From an uncultured Ectothiorhodospiraceae bacterium (GTDB lineage: Bacteria > Pseudomonadota > Gammaproteobacteria > SZUA-152), in contig CAZXZI010000001.1 of NCBI GenBank assembly GCA_964645165.1, positions 1,477 to 65,476 on the forward strand: 64,000 bases of DNA. Direction: 5' to 3'. Position numbers and translations under genes: made by a program. A model generated the notes under the pieces. That model did no database searches and was not told the DNA's origin. It was given only the letters and a program-made list of their open reading frames with translations. Below are positions 19,966-29,180 of the stretch, piece by piece. Position 1 is the first letter of the stretch. Every line of letters starts with the position of its first letter.

Positions 19966-20256
19966 CACTGCCGTCCCGTTAACCTTCGCCTGCGCGGGCG
20001 TAATTGTTTGTTTTTCATGAGATGCAGCATGATTTGAAAGTTTGAGACATGAATAGCCAGTAACCTCTTCCGTCAGAGCCTGCCCCGCGAAGTGTTTTGG
20101 GTAGAGCCTGCCCCGCGTAGCGCTTTGGGTAGAGCCTGCCCCGCGTAGCGCTTTGGGCATTCCGGCGAACGACTCCATGGATGGAGGAGGTAGAGTGACG
20201 CAGGAAGCCAAAACCGAGGCCGGAATGACGGATATAAAGTTAACGGGACATCAGTG
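19966..20256. mobile_element. MITE-like non-autonomous element, copy 1 (291 bp). Terminal inverted repeats cactgccgtcccgttaac ... gttaacgggacatcagtg. Contains three tandem 28-nt modules.
   Basis: A 17-18 bp TIR at both ends. The left arm is about 90% identical over about 105 bp to the copy at 42296. The internal 28-nt unit agagcctgccccgcg(a/t)ag(t/c)g(t/c)tttgggt occurs three times at 20075..20158. The element ends 1 nt before the stop codon of the gene at 20257. Confidence 0.7.
20075..20158. repeat. Three tandem copies of a 28-nt GC-rich module inside the MITE-like element
   Basis: agagcctgccccgcgaagtgttttgggt / agagcctgccccgcgtagcgctttgggt / agagcctgccccgcgtagcgctttgggc. Confidence 0.85.
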
Positions 20257-21420
20257 TTAATATTTATAACTAAGAATAAGCCCACCATAGCTGAACGCCC
20301 GATTGCCCTGCCCAACCTTAATCTCACTGGACTGTCTGCGCATAATGTAACTCAGGCGAAAACCGGATTTAAATGCACAGGCAACGCCGATCCAGCCTTC
20401 GTAAACGACATGTTCGATCTCACTACTGGAATAGGTCACGTTGCTGTCGCGAAACTGGCCTTGCAAAAAAGCATTGTAAGCACGCAACTTGACGTTGGCA
20501 CCAGCCAAAAAATACAGCTCATCGACATAGGATGAGGTCGGCAGTTCAACATTGCCCTTCTCAGAGTAGCGGCCAGGGTCAGCATTAAAACTCCACCAGG
20601 GCGTACGCAGTCGCCCCCAACGAAAGCTGCTGCCGATACTTGCCTCCGTAATATAACCCACGCTGATCTTGGCTGATGAAGTAAGGTGAAAGTTTCTGAT
20701 ATTGGTTCGATGATAGCGTTGTCGCGTCAGTGAATACCTGAACGTAGGCTCACCACCGTTGGAAATCTGGTTATCCCAGCCATCGGCATTATCGGAACCA
20801 ATGAGCTGGTGAATACTGTTTTGAAGATCCCGGGAAACATCCAGCCCCAGCGCCCCGAAGGTTAATGTCGATATCCAGGAAATGCGGCTCGCTTTTAGAA
20901 TGTGTTGCTGGGTATTGGAAATATACAGCAAAGAGGCATACGGCCTGTCATCCTGGATGGGTTGCCGGGTAATTTTATCCGTTGGTGTAAAAGCCGTTAA
21001 GCCGACTTCACAACTGCTCAGTGTGTAATCACTATTCTCGGTTAGAGTGTCAATGCCCAAAGCTTCGTTGATGAAATCAATACCCTTATCAATCGAAAAC
21101 GGATGCCGCGCCGCATTTGAGCCGGAAAAACTAAAGGCAAAACCGCCCGTGTAATCTCTGTCACTGAGTCCGCCGGTAAGAATATCGTTATCAATGTATA
21201 ACGAAATGGCGATGGTTTCATCTTCAACCAGCTTTTCACCAAACACTTCACTGCTTACCGGGCATTGCTCGTGACAGAAATCAGGCGAAGTCAATTCAGC
21301 CCTGGCCTGAATTGAAAAACCCACGACCAGGGTGCTGAGAACAAATGTACTCATTTTCATCACAGACAAAACCTTCATCGCGAGAATCCTTAGCTTCATA
21401 AATACAACGCACAATGGCAA
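20257..21420 (-). CDS. Outer-membrane beta-barrel protein, possibly LpxR/DUF2219-like (lipid A deacylase family); assignment tentative
   Basis: Signal peptide MKMSTFVLSTLVVGFSIQARA (true start likely 21354-21378). Alternating amphipathic strands and C-terminal ...FSYGGLILSYKY. Conserved-looking DRDYTGG motif. Confidence 0.4.
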   Translation of the reverse strand: MPLCVVFMKLRILAMKVLSVMKMSTFVLSTLVVGFSIQARAELTSPDFCHEQCPVSSEVFGEKLVEDETIAISLYIDNDILTGGLSDRDYTGGFAFSFSGSNAARHPFSIDKGIDFINEALGIDTLTENSDYTLSSCEVGLTAFTPTDKITRQPIQDDRPYASLLYISNTQQHILKASRISWISTLTFGALGLDVSRDLQNSIHQLIGSDNADGWDNQISNGGEPTFRYSLTRQRYHRTNIRNFHLTSSAKISVGYITEASIGSSFRWGRLRTPWWSFNADPGRYSEKGNVELPTSSYVDELYFLAGANVKLRAYNAFLQGQFRDSNVTYSSSEIEHVVYEGWIGVACAFKSGFRLSYIMRRQSSEIKVGQGNRAFSYGGLILSYKY

Positions 21421-21620
21421 AGCATGTTACAGCAAACAGTCATCACACCCTGAACCATTCAAGGCAAAACCAACTCAAACGTTCCATGCATACCGCTAAC
21501 AAAAGCGACTGAACCTGGGAACTTCTTGAGTTTCAGGCTCCCCTTTTACCGGCTCGGCGTTTACAATTCGTCTTCACATTGTTGACCCACACTGTTGCCC
21601 AAAAAACACAGAGACATTCC

Positions 21621-23357
21621 ATGCGCACATCCCAGTTTTTACTTGCCACCGAAAAAGAGACCCCCGCCGATGCGGAGATCATCAGCCATCAGCTGATGCT
21701 GCGCGCGGGGATGATCCGCAAACTCGCATCAGGGCTGTACACCTGGCTGCCCTTGGGTTTGCGGGTATTGCGCAAGGTGGAGACCATTGTGCGCGAGGAA
21801 ATGGATCGTGTCGGGGCGCAGGAGCTGCTGATGCCTGCCGTGCAGCCCGCCGAACTATGGCAGGAGTCGGGGCGCTGGGAACAGTACGGCGGCGAGCTGC
21901 TGCGCCTGCGTGATCGCCATAATCGTGAATTCTGTTTTGGCCCTACGCACGAAGAGGTGATCACCGACCTGTGCCGCCGCGAGTTGCGCTCGTACAAACA
22001 ACTCCCCGCCACCTTTTACCAGATTCAAACCAAGTTCCGCGACGAAACCCGGCCGCGTTTCGGGGTAATGCGCGCGCGGGAATTCCTGATGAAGGACGCC
22101 TATTCCTTCCATGCCACGGAAGACTCCCTACAGGACACCTACGAGCGCATGTTCGCCGCCTACACGAATATCTTCACCCGCCTGGGCCTGGACTTCCGCC
22201 CGGTACAGGCGGACACAGGTTCCATCGGCGGCAACGCCTCGCATGAATTTCACGTGCTGGCCGAGTCCGGCGAAGACGCCATCGCCTTTTCCAACGCCAG
22301 CGATTACGCCGCCAATGTAGAGTTGGCCGAAGCGGTGGCTCCAACGGGCACACGTCCCAAGCCCGGCGCTGCGATGGCCACGGTGGACACCCCCGGACAA
22401 CACAGCATCGAAGAAGTCAGCGCCTTCCTCAACGTGGACGCAGCGCAGACCGTGAAGACCCTGCTGGTCAACGGCGCCAACGCCGAGGGTGAAATGGAAG
22501 GTGTGGTGGCACTGGTGCTACGCGGTGATCACGAACTCAACACCATCAAGGCGGAAAAGCTGCCCGGCGTGGTCGCGCCATTTTGCTTTGCCGAAGATGA
22601 TGCCATCAAAGCCGCAGCGGGTTGCGATGCGGGTTCCATCGGCCCGGTAGGGCTGTCGGTGCCAGTGATCGTAGACCGCGCCGCCGCTCATTTGACCGAC
22701 TATGTCTGCGGCGCCAATGAAAACGGCAAACACCTCACTGACGTCAACTGGGGGCGCGACCTGCCGGAGCCTGGCACGTCCAACATCCAGCTTGCCGACC
22801 TGCGCAACGTGGTCGAAGGCGACCCCAGCCCCGACGGCCAGGGCACTTTGGAAATTAAACGCGGTATCGAAGTGGGTCACATCTTCCAGCTGGGCCAGAA
22901 ATACGCCGAGGCAATGAACGCCACGGTGCTGGATGAAAATGGCAAGGCGACGGTGATGACCATGGGCTGCTACGGCATCGGCGTATCGCGCGTGGTGGCC
23001 TCGGCTATCGAACAGAATCACGACGTCAGCGGTATCATCTGGCCTGCTGCCATCGCACCGTTTAACGTCGCCATCGTGCCCATGAACATGCACAAATCCC
23101 AGCGCCTGCGCGAGGCCGTGGATGGCCTGTACGATGAATTACAGGCCGCCGGTTTTGAGGTGTTGCTGGATGACCGCAAGGAACGCCCCGGGGTGATGTT
23201 CGCGGATATGGAGCTCATCGGCATTCCCCATCGGCTGGTGCTGGGCGAGCGAGGACTGGATGCCGGCACGCTGGAATACAAAGGTCGCAGCGATGCCGAC
23301 AAGCAGGACATTCCGCTGGCCGGTGTGATTGATTTCCTTAAGGAAAAGACGGCGTAG
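21621..23357 (+). CDS. proS: Proline--tRNA ligase
   Basis: [46 protein letters not shown] is nearly identical in pattern to the E. coli ProS N-terminus. Class II motifs and an editing domain are present. The track ORF starts 42 nt upstream. Confidence 0.95.
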   Translation: MRTSQFLLATEKETPADAEIISHQLMLRAGMIRKLASGLYTWLPLGLRVLRKVETIVREEMDRVGAQELLMPAVQPAELWQESGRWEQYGGELLRLRDRHNREFCFGPTHEEVITDLCRRELRSYKQLPATFYQIQTKFRDETRPRFGVMRAREFLMKDAYSFHATEDSLQDTYERMFAAYTNIFTRLGLDFRPVQADTGSIGGNASHEFHVLAESGEDAIAFSNASDYAANVELAEAVAPTGTRPKPGAAMATVDTPGQHSIEEVSAFLNVDAAQTVKTLLVNGANAEGEMEGVVALVLRGDHELNTIKAEKLPGVVAPFCFAEDDAIKAAAGCDAGSIGPVGLSVPVIVDRAAAHLTDYVCGANENGKHLTDVNWGRDLPEPGTSNIQLADLRNVVEGDPSPDGQGTLEIKRGIEVGHIFQLGQKYAEAMNATVLDENGKATVMTMGCYGIGVSRVVASAIEQNHDVSGIIWPAAIAPFNVAIVPMNMHKSQRLREAVDGLYDELQAAGFEVLLDDRKERPGVMFADMELIGIPHRLVLGERGLDAGTLEYKGRSDADKQDIPLAGVIDFLKEKTA

Positions 23358-23371
23358 ACGACATAAACAGC

Positions 23372-23986
23372 ATGGCTATTTCACTTCACATTCGGCTCAC
23401 AACACGATACGCCACGTTATTGCGCCCTACGCTTTGCCTGGTAATGCTACTGGTCACGGGTATGGTGCAGGCGGCCACGCAGGAACGTCCAGACGACGAG
23501 CTACGCATAGTGCTGGAAAAGACCATCGGCGAGTCCGATAGCTTCAAGGATCGCTTTGATGCCGAGGTGTGGTTGATGGACATGTCCACCCGCCTCAAAT
23601 CGCGGATGCCCGATGACGACAAACGCCTGAAGCTGCTGAAAAACATCCACTACGAGGCACGTAAGGCCGGCCTGCACCCAGAGATGGTGCTGGCGGTAAT
23701 CAACGTGGAAAGCAACTTCAATCGCTGGGCAATTTCCAGTGTGGGTGCCCAGGGTTTGATGCAAATCATGCCCTTCTGGCTGAAAGAAATTCCCCAGGCA
23801 GGCGACAATTTGTTCGACACTCGCACCAATCTACGCTTCGGCTGCACCATCCTCAAACACTACATCGAACGTGAGAAAGGTGACTTTCAACGCGCCCTCG
23901 CCCGTTACAACGGCAGCCTGGGCAAGGTATGGTATCCCAACAAAGTCTTCGACGCGCTCAACAAACGTTGGTTCAGGTCACGTTAA
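23372..23986 (+). CDS. Lytic transglycosylase (SLT domain) with signal peptide
   Basis: EMVLAVINVESNFNRWAISSVGAQGLMQIMP is the SLT catalytic E-S and GLMQ motif. Confidence 0.75.
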   Translation: MAISLHIRLTTRYATLLRPTLCLVMLLVTGMVQAATQERPDDELRIVLEKTIGESDSFKDRFDAEVWLMDMSTRLKSRMPDDDKRLKLLKNIHYEARKAGLHPEMVLAVINVESNFNRWAISSVGAQGLMQIMPFWLKEIPQAGDNLFDTRTNLRFGCTILKHYIEREKGDFQRALARYNGSLGKVWYPNKVFDALNKRWFRSR

Positions 23987-24088
23987 GTTTCAGGCTACTA
24001 CCTTTAGGCTGAAGCCTGTAAAAACCAACGAAAACCCTCGCCTATTTTTTGCACTAGACCGCAGCGAGAAAAATATCAGGAGCACGAC

Positions 24089-24889
24089 ATGAAACGCAAC
24101 CCGGTATTCATCCTGTTAAGCGTCCTTTCGCTCAGCACCTTAAGTAGCTGTTTCCAAAATGCCCAAATGCGCGGCGTGCTGGTTATCCCCACGGAAACGC
24201 ACAGTCACACCACCACGGTGATCTCGCGTTATGAGCCACCTCCTTTCGCGCCCGCCAATGGTTTTCGGCAGCACTACTACGACCGCGAGCTGCAGTACGA
24301 TTCGGGCTTCGGTGCTTATGTGGTGATTGGCAGCCCCGGCTTGTATTTTTACGACAACCACTACATCCGCTATTACGACAACCGTTGGCAATCAACCAAT
24401 CGCTTGCAGGGCGTCTGGCGGCCAGCCGGGAATCGTGACGTACCGGGCAAACTCCGAGAACGTCACGCACGACAACATCATGCCAGGGAGCATCGTGAAG
24501 AATCACGGCACGAACGGCACGAGGCGAAACATGAGCGCCATGAGGAGCGGCGCGAGGCTCCAAGGCACGGCCACAGACGCCACTATCAAAATCACGAATT
24601 GAGTTACGATTCACGCGTGGGCGCCTACGTGATCATCAACCAACCTGGCATCTACTTTTACAATAAGCGTTATCTGCGCTGGAATCGCGGAGCCTGGCAA
24701 TCCGCCAATAAGCTGAACGGTACCTGGCGACCAGCCAAGAAACAATATGTGCCGAATGACCTAATGAAACGCAGGCACCGGAACAAACGCGAGAACACTC
24801 ACGAGAAGAAGAAGCATTACGACGACAACCACGAAGACCGACAGCATAAACAGAGGAACCAACTGCAGGACGTGTGGCGCGGCAACTAA
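24089..24889 (+). CDS. Lipoprotein with two copies of a roughly 45-aa Tyr/Trp-rich module separated by an extremely His/Arg/Glu-rich spacer; function unknown
   Basis: Lipobox LSSC. The modules YDSGFGAYVVIGSPGLYFYDNHYIRYYDNRWQSTNRLQGVWRPA and YDSRVGAYVIINQPGIYFYNKRYLRWNRGAWQSANKLNGTWRPA align with each other. Spacer RERHARQHHAREHREESRHERHEAKHERHEERREAPRHGHRRH. Confidence 0.5.
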   Translation: MKRNPVFILLSVLSLSTLSSCFQNAQMRGVLVIPTETHSHTTTVISRYEPPPFAPANGFRQHYYDRELQYDSGFGAYVVIGSPGLYFYDNHYIRYYDNRWQSTNRLQGVWRPAGNRDVPGKLRERHARQHHAREHREESRHERHEAKHERHEERREAPRHGHRRHYQNHELSYDSRVGAYVIINQPGIYFYNKRYLRWNRGAWQSANKLNGTWRPAKKQYVPNDLMKRRHRNKRENTHEKKKHYDDNHEDRQHKQRNQLQDVWRGN

Positions 24890-24895
24890 AAAAGC

Positions 24896-25318
24896 TCAGC
24901 GAATACGATAACCCGCATGACAGGTAATACACGCTGCGGTCACTTTCTGCAGTGCCGCGTAGGCCGGTAACACTTCACCTTCCTGTGCCCGCAGGGCAAA
25001 ACGACTGGCTGCATGATGCATCTCAGTGCCCGCCTTTTTCATAGCCTCCGGCATAAATTGGGCGAGATGCTTCGCATCATGCTTGTCCAACGAACTCATA
25101 CCCAGGCGCGACTCCGCCGTATCTGCCGCCTTGTCCAACTCACCTTTAGACATTTGCAACAAAATCAAATTGATCGTTTCCAAATGGTTACGCATGCTGG
25201 CCAGCATGTGCCCCTGCATCATCTCCGGTAGTTTGACCATTTCACGTGTGTCATCGGCCGCACTTGTCAACGATGAACCCAACAATAAAACAGCGCCAAC
25301 AATAATACATTTTTTCAT
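24896..25318 (-). CDS. Class II c-type cytochrome (cytochrome c' / c556-like four-helix bundle)
   Basis: Signal peptide MKKCIIVGAVLLLGSSLTSA. Single heme-binding motif CITCH about 10 residues from the C-terminus, which is diagnostic of class II cytochromes c. About 125-aa mature protein. Confidence 0.6.
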   Translation of the reverse strand: MKKCIIVGAVLLLGSSLTSAADDTREMVKLPEMMQGHMLASMRNHLETINLILLQMSKGELDKAADTAESRLGMSSLDKHDAKHLAQFMPEAMKKAGTEMHHAASRFALRAQEGEVLPAYAALQKVTAACITCHAGYRIR

Positions 25319-25350
25319 TTGCTCAATCTCCAACGGTCAACAATAAACAG

Positions 25351-25782
25351 TTATTCCAACAGTTCGGTATCATCATGTGAGTACGCGGGCGAGCAACAGC
25401 AGAGGATTACTAAATCTCCAGCACCGGTATTTTCGATACAATGCAACGCGCCCGGTGGGATACACACGGTATCCTGCACAGTAACCATCAATGTTTCATC
25501 TCCCAGAGTCATTCGACCCTGTCCGGCAGTAATGTGGTACAGCTCTTCCGATTTCGCATGCCGGTGCAGTTGTGTCTTTTTACCCGCCGCAATAACCGCT
25601 TCGGCAAGACTTTGTTTGCTGTTGTGGTGTGTGTCAGGATGCATCAGCTCACGAATCAGTGAACCGTCTTTGGTGACAAAAGCCTCGATGTACTTGTATT
25701 TGCTGTGTGCCACGATATTCCCAAAGGATGGTTTGTTAAACAATCTTGAAAACGCCGGGAGGGGTTTCACTGCTGGCTTCAC
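25351..25782 (-). CDS. Cupin-domain protein
   Basis: H-x-H...E...H cupin motif block HRHAKSEELYHITAGQGRM...GALHCIENTG. The 5' end overlaps the upstream acyP ORF, so the true start is probably downstream or non-ATG. Confidence 0.55.
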   Translation of the reverse strand: MKPAVKPLPAFSRLFNKPSFGNIVAHSKYKYIEAFVTKDGSLIRELMHPDTHHNSKQSLAEAVIAAGKKTQLHRHAKSEELYHITAGQGRMTLGDETLMVTVQDTVCIPPGALHCIENTGAGDLVILCCCSPAYSHDDTELLE

Positions 25783-26002
25783 ACGTCACATTACTGACCT
25801 GTGCCTGCGCAGGCCCCTTGGATAGCCATGCACACAAATCTTCCACTGAAGATTTTGCACCGCAGACCAACACCTCTACGCGGCCATCATGCAGGTTGCG
25901 CGCATAACCGGTCAGTCCCAGGCGTTCTGCCTCGTGTCGAGTCGTGGCGCGATAAAACACACCTTGCACACGGCCGCTGACATAACAACGCAGACACATC
26001 AT
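25736..26002 (-). CDS. Acylphosphatase
   Basis: 88 aa. SGRVQGVFYRATT and GYARNLHDGRVEVLVCG are the two acylphosphatase signature blocks. Confidence 0.8.
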   Translation of the reverse strand: MMCLRCYVSGRVQGVFYRATTRHEAERLGLTGYARNLHDGRVEVLVCGAKSSVEDLCAWLSKGPAQAQVSNVTCEASSETPPGVFKIV

Positions 26003-26004
26003 GG

Positions 26005-26778
26005 TTAAAATTTTACCTTCGCTGCCTGTCCCACGCGCAGCACTGACTTACCGCTGGGGAATGTCACTTCAACGGCATACTTGTCAGCACCCGGCTTAAT
26101 GGGTTCCAAAGCAATAAAACTGATCTTCCCGCTATATTTTTTTCCTGCAACGGTTACTTGCACTTTCGCCCCTAGCTTGAGTTTGCTGGCAGCCGTGCCA
26201 CCAACCACGCTACGAGCCAACATACGACCGGCTTCTGCTAGCACAAACAGCGGCGTTGCCTGGAGTTTAACCACCACCACTTGGCCGGGTTGTGCATTTC
26301 GTTGCAGCACCCACGCATCAAAAGGCGCACGTACCACACTGTAAAAATTATCACGTTCTACCTTGCTTAACTTTGCGCGTGCGGTCTGCAATTCAGCAGT
26401 GGCTGCATCGCGTAGAATTTCAACTAACTGCAAGTCGTGATCAGACAACAGGGTACGATCATAAAGTTCTTGAGTACGTTCCAACTCTCGACCGGCCTCA
26501 TCATTATTATTTTCAGCTTTCTTTAGATTGGCCTTTTGCGCCAGCACATCGGCTTGAAAGGTCTTGCCAACGAGTTTCATTAACACCTGCCCACTGTGCA
26601 CCCGCTCACCCTTGTTGGCATTCACCGTATCAATCACACCACTCACCGCAGTACTCAGCGGAACGGTGCGTACCCACTGCAAAGTGGCATCCACTTCCCC
26701 CGCCAGGGTCTGCATCGAAAACCCACTGAGCGCCAACAATATTGGCGCCATGGCAAATATTCTGCCGAGCGATTTCAT
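26005..26778 (-). CDS. HlyD-family periplasmic adaptor (membrane-fusion protein), short form
   Basis: Signal/anchor MKSLGRIFAMAPILLALSGF. Biotinyl-lipoyl-like VSGVIDTVNANKGERVHSGQVLMKL. Coiled-coil. C-terminal beta-barrel domain. ATGA overlap with the upstream TolC-like gene. Confidence 0.65.
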   Translation of the reverse strand: MKSLGRIFAMAPILLALSGFSMQTLAGEVDATLQWVRTVPLSTAVSGVIDTVNANKGERVHSGQVLMKLVGKTFQADVLAQKANLKKAENNNDEAGRELERTQELYDRTLLSDHDLQLVEILRDAATAELQTARAKLSKVERDNFYSVVRAPFDAWVLQRNAQPGQVVVVKLQATPLFVLAEAGRMLARSVVGGTAASKLKLGAKVQVTVAGKKYSGKISFIALEPIKPGADKYAVEVTFPSGKSVLRVGQAAKVKF

Positions 26779-28115
26779 TTTTTCTCTCCTGTATTCATGC
26801 TGCTGACAGCTCCGCTTTTCGCGGGAAATATCTGTGAACGGCCCAACATGGCATCCACGCGCGCCCAAGCCAGGGCGGTCGAAAAGGTCATCTTCATAAT
26901 CCGCAGACGTAATGCCGACATGCGCACCATGGAATCACCAAAATCCGTTGCGACTTCCAACTCGTAGCGTGCCCGGCTGCGATCCAGATACAAGTCACGA
27001 TATTCGCGCTCAGCGGCCAAACGTTGTTTGGCAATTCCTAAAGTTTGTAACTCCGTCCAGGTTTCCAGCAAACGTTGTCGTAACTCACGTCGTTGCTGCT
27101 CCAATGTCGCACTGATTTTATGAAGTTCGGCGCGCTGCCTGGCGCGTAATGCATCATTACGTCCGCCTGTAAACAGCGGCACATTCAGGCTAACACCGGC
27201 TCGCCACACGTCGTTGCCCCCAAAATCACGGGAATATTCCGAAACTTCAATTCGCCCCTTTAGCTGCGGATTATTATCGGCATTTGCAAAATCCAGTTGT
27301 GCCTTTGCTTTTTCCTGTTGAGCCTTTAGCGAAAACAACAAGGTGTTGCCCTGTTCCATTTTCGCAAACCAGTCATCTATGCTCTCCGGGATCTTTCGTT
27401 CGCTAAAATCCAACACAGGTTGTTCTAATTCAGATGGGAGATCGTTGGGTCGATTTAACAGATTTGCCAAATGAGCGCGCGTTGTCCGCTGCGCAGCAGC
27501 ACTTTTGGCTTGCCGTAAACGGGATGCCTGAAACTGACTGCGCTTTTCCATGAGCACAATATCTGACAATTTACCAAGCTCATTGCGGTTTCGCGCCCGA
27601 TCAGAACGCACATAAGTCATGGACATTTCTTCAGTATCACGGGCATAGGCTTGGTCAGCCAACAATACATCAAAAAAGGCGGCCATAATCGCAATACGTT
27701 GTCGCACCCGCATATTTTGATAAATGAATTCTCTGTCCTGTAGCGCTGCACGACTTGCAGCAGTTTTTGCGGAAGTGCGGCCAAAATCATACAGTGGTTT
27801 TTCTACGGCAAGGCTAAGCTTGTGGTCATCGTTGGATTGATCAATATTAGAGGGTTGGGGGTCTATCCAGCGCAATCGCGCAAACAGTGTTGCCTCAAAG
27901 CCAGTGTCAGCTTCTATCTGTGCCTGCTCTGCTCTGGCAGATTCAAGCTCTGCCGCAGCTATTTGAAGTTGGGGATGTCCAGCCGCAGCCTGGCTCAGCG
28001 CAAAATCCAGCGACAGGGGTTCTGGCCAGGCATCTGCATCTGCCCACGCGCTAAGCGGGACAAAAATCAATAACCAAAAATAGCGTTTAGCCTGAGAGCA
28101 CAGCAAGCAACACAT
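26775..28115 (-). CDS. TolC-family outer-membrane efflux protein
   Basis: 446 aa. Signal peptide. Two repeated alpha-helical/beta-strand halves (LSQAAAGHPQLQIAAAELESARAEQ...), typical of the outer-membrane factor family. Confidence 0.7.
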   Translation of the reverse strand: MCCLLCSQAKRYFWLLIFVPLSAWADADAWPEPLSLDFALSQAAAGHPQLQIAAAELESARAEQAQIEADTGFEATLFARLRWIDPQPSNIDQSNDDHKLSLAVEKPLYDFGRTSAKTAASRAALQDREFIYQNMRVRQRIAIMAAFFDVLLADQAYARDTEEMSMTYVRSDRARNRNELGKLSDIVLMEKRSQFQASRLRQAKSAAAQRTTRAHLANLLNRPNDLPSELEQPVLDFSERKIPESIDDWFAKMEQGNTLLFSLKAQQEKAKAQLDFANADNNPQLKGRIEVSEYSRDFGGNDVWRAGVSLNVPLFTGGRNDALRARQRAELHKISATLEQQRRELRQRLLETWTELQTLGIAKQRLAAEREYRDLYLDRSRARYELEVATDFGDSMVRMSALRLRIMKMTFSTALAWARVDAMLGRSQIFPAKSGAVSSMNTGEKK

Positions 28116-28120
28116 CCCGA

Positions 28121-28714
28121 CTACCGTGCCGCTTTGGCTTTTTGCCGCTTGAATTTGGTAAAGCGCATTTTTTTGTAAAGGCCTTTTTCCATGTACTCAC
28201 CCAGCCACATAAACTCTGCGATGCTGGATGTCGCACCGGTGTAGCGCACTACCTGGTGTCCCTGCAAGTCATAAAAGGCAAATACCGGCGTTGCACGTAC
28301 CCGATTCACCTTAAAAGCGAAATCCTTTAGTGACATCTGCTCACCTTTGAAGGTGGTCATTTCCACGTCACCTTCGATGTCCACGCTGAAATTAAGAAAG
28401 TGTTTGCGATAATACTTTTGTACTTCAGGTTGATTCAGCACCGTAGTTTTCATGCGATGGCAAAAGGGACATTCATCCATTTCAAAAAATAACAAAATTC
28501 CTTGCTTGCCTTCGCTGCGAGCTTTTTCTAGTTCCTCGGAGAAATTATTCCAGGTTTCGTTGAAAAAATAGGTGTAAGGATCTCTGCCACCCACTGCTTG
28601 TACCTGTCCCGCACACAACATCCATAAGCCCAAAATGAGCAGGCCATTTTTGATGACAATTTGTTTCACGCTGGCATTAAACATGCGTGCTCTACTCTGA
28701 CGATTGTTGGGCAA
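28121..28714 (-). CDS. Periplasmic thioredoxin-fold protein with a CPFC active-site motif
   Basis: Signal peptide. GILLFFEMDECPFCHRMKTTVLNQ matches the thioredoxin-like beta-alpha pattern with CxxC. Confidence 0.55.
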   Translation of the reverse strand: MPNNRQSRARMFNASVKQIVIKNGLLILGLWMLCAGQVQAVGGRDPYTYFFNETWNNFSEELEKARSEGKQGILLFFEMDECPFCHRMKTTVLNQPEVQKYYRKHFLNFSVDIEGDVEMTTFKGEQMSLKDFAFKVNRVRATPVFAFYDLQGHQVVRYTGATSSIAEFMWLGEYMEKGLYKKMRFTKFKRQKAKAAR

Positions 28715-29180
28715 TGAAGTCGGTGATCAGCTTCGCAGTGACGGGTCCTACCTGTCGAGCTACCACTTCCCCTTTGGGCGAAATCAGGTAAGTGGTGGGC
28801 AGGCCGGGAATCGGGCCCAAGGCCGACTTAGGGCCTGGTTTACTTCGAAGCACTGGGTAATTCATAAAATATTCTTCGGAAAACTGTTTCAGACCGCTGG
28901 CACCGATATCTTCAAAATTGATGCCCAGCACCACGGCATCCTTGTCTTTGTGCTCTTCGTGGAAATCCACCAGTTCTGGAATTTCTGACAGGCAGGGCGG
29001 GCACCAGGTCGCCCAGTAGTTCACCACCACCCACTTGCCGCGATAGTCTGATAATTTATGCTCCACGCCATTTATGTCGGGCAAACTGAAGTCCACGGGT
29101 TCTGCCAGCACGTCAACCGAAAGCAGTGTGACGCAGAATAAGATCAATAATGTTTTGTACTTCAGGGGGTGAAAAATCAT
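28692..29180 (-). CDS. TlpA/ResA-like thiol:disulfide oxidoreductase
   Basis: Signal peptide. VVNYWATWCPPCLSEIPEL is the WCxxC thioredoxin motif of TlpA/DsbE-type proteins. Confidence 0.75.
   Translation of the reverse strand: MIFHPLKYKTLLILFCVTLLSVDVLAEPVDFSLPDINGVEHKLSDYRGKWVVVNYWATWCPPCLSEIPELVDFHEEHKDKDAVVLGINFEDIGASGLKQFSEEYFMNYPVLRSKPGPKSALGPIPGLPTTYLISPKGEVVARQVGPVTAKLITDFIAQQSSE

Noticed and set aside
20075-20158. Possible CRISPR array (28-nt direct repeats)
   Set aside because: The three units are contiguous with no unique spacers. There are no cas genes in the window. The repeat is part of a TIR-bounded element also present at 42.3 kb.
19957-20327. ORFs 19957-20211, 20073-20327 and 42290-42502 on the minus strand
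   Set aside because: They lie entirely within the two MITE-like repeat copies. Their similar peptide sequences simply reflect repeat homology, and they have no start context.
22518-23093. 191-aa His-rich minus-strand ORF inside proS
   Set aside because: Antisense to proS, which has unambiguous class II aaRS motifs.
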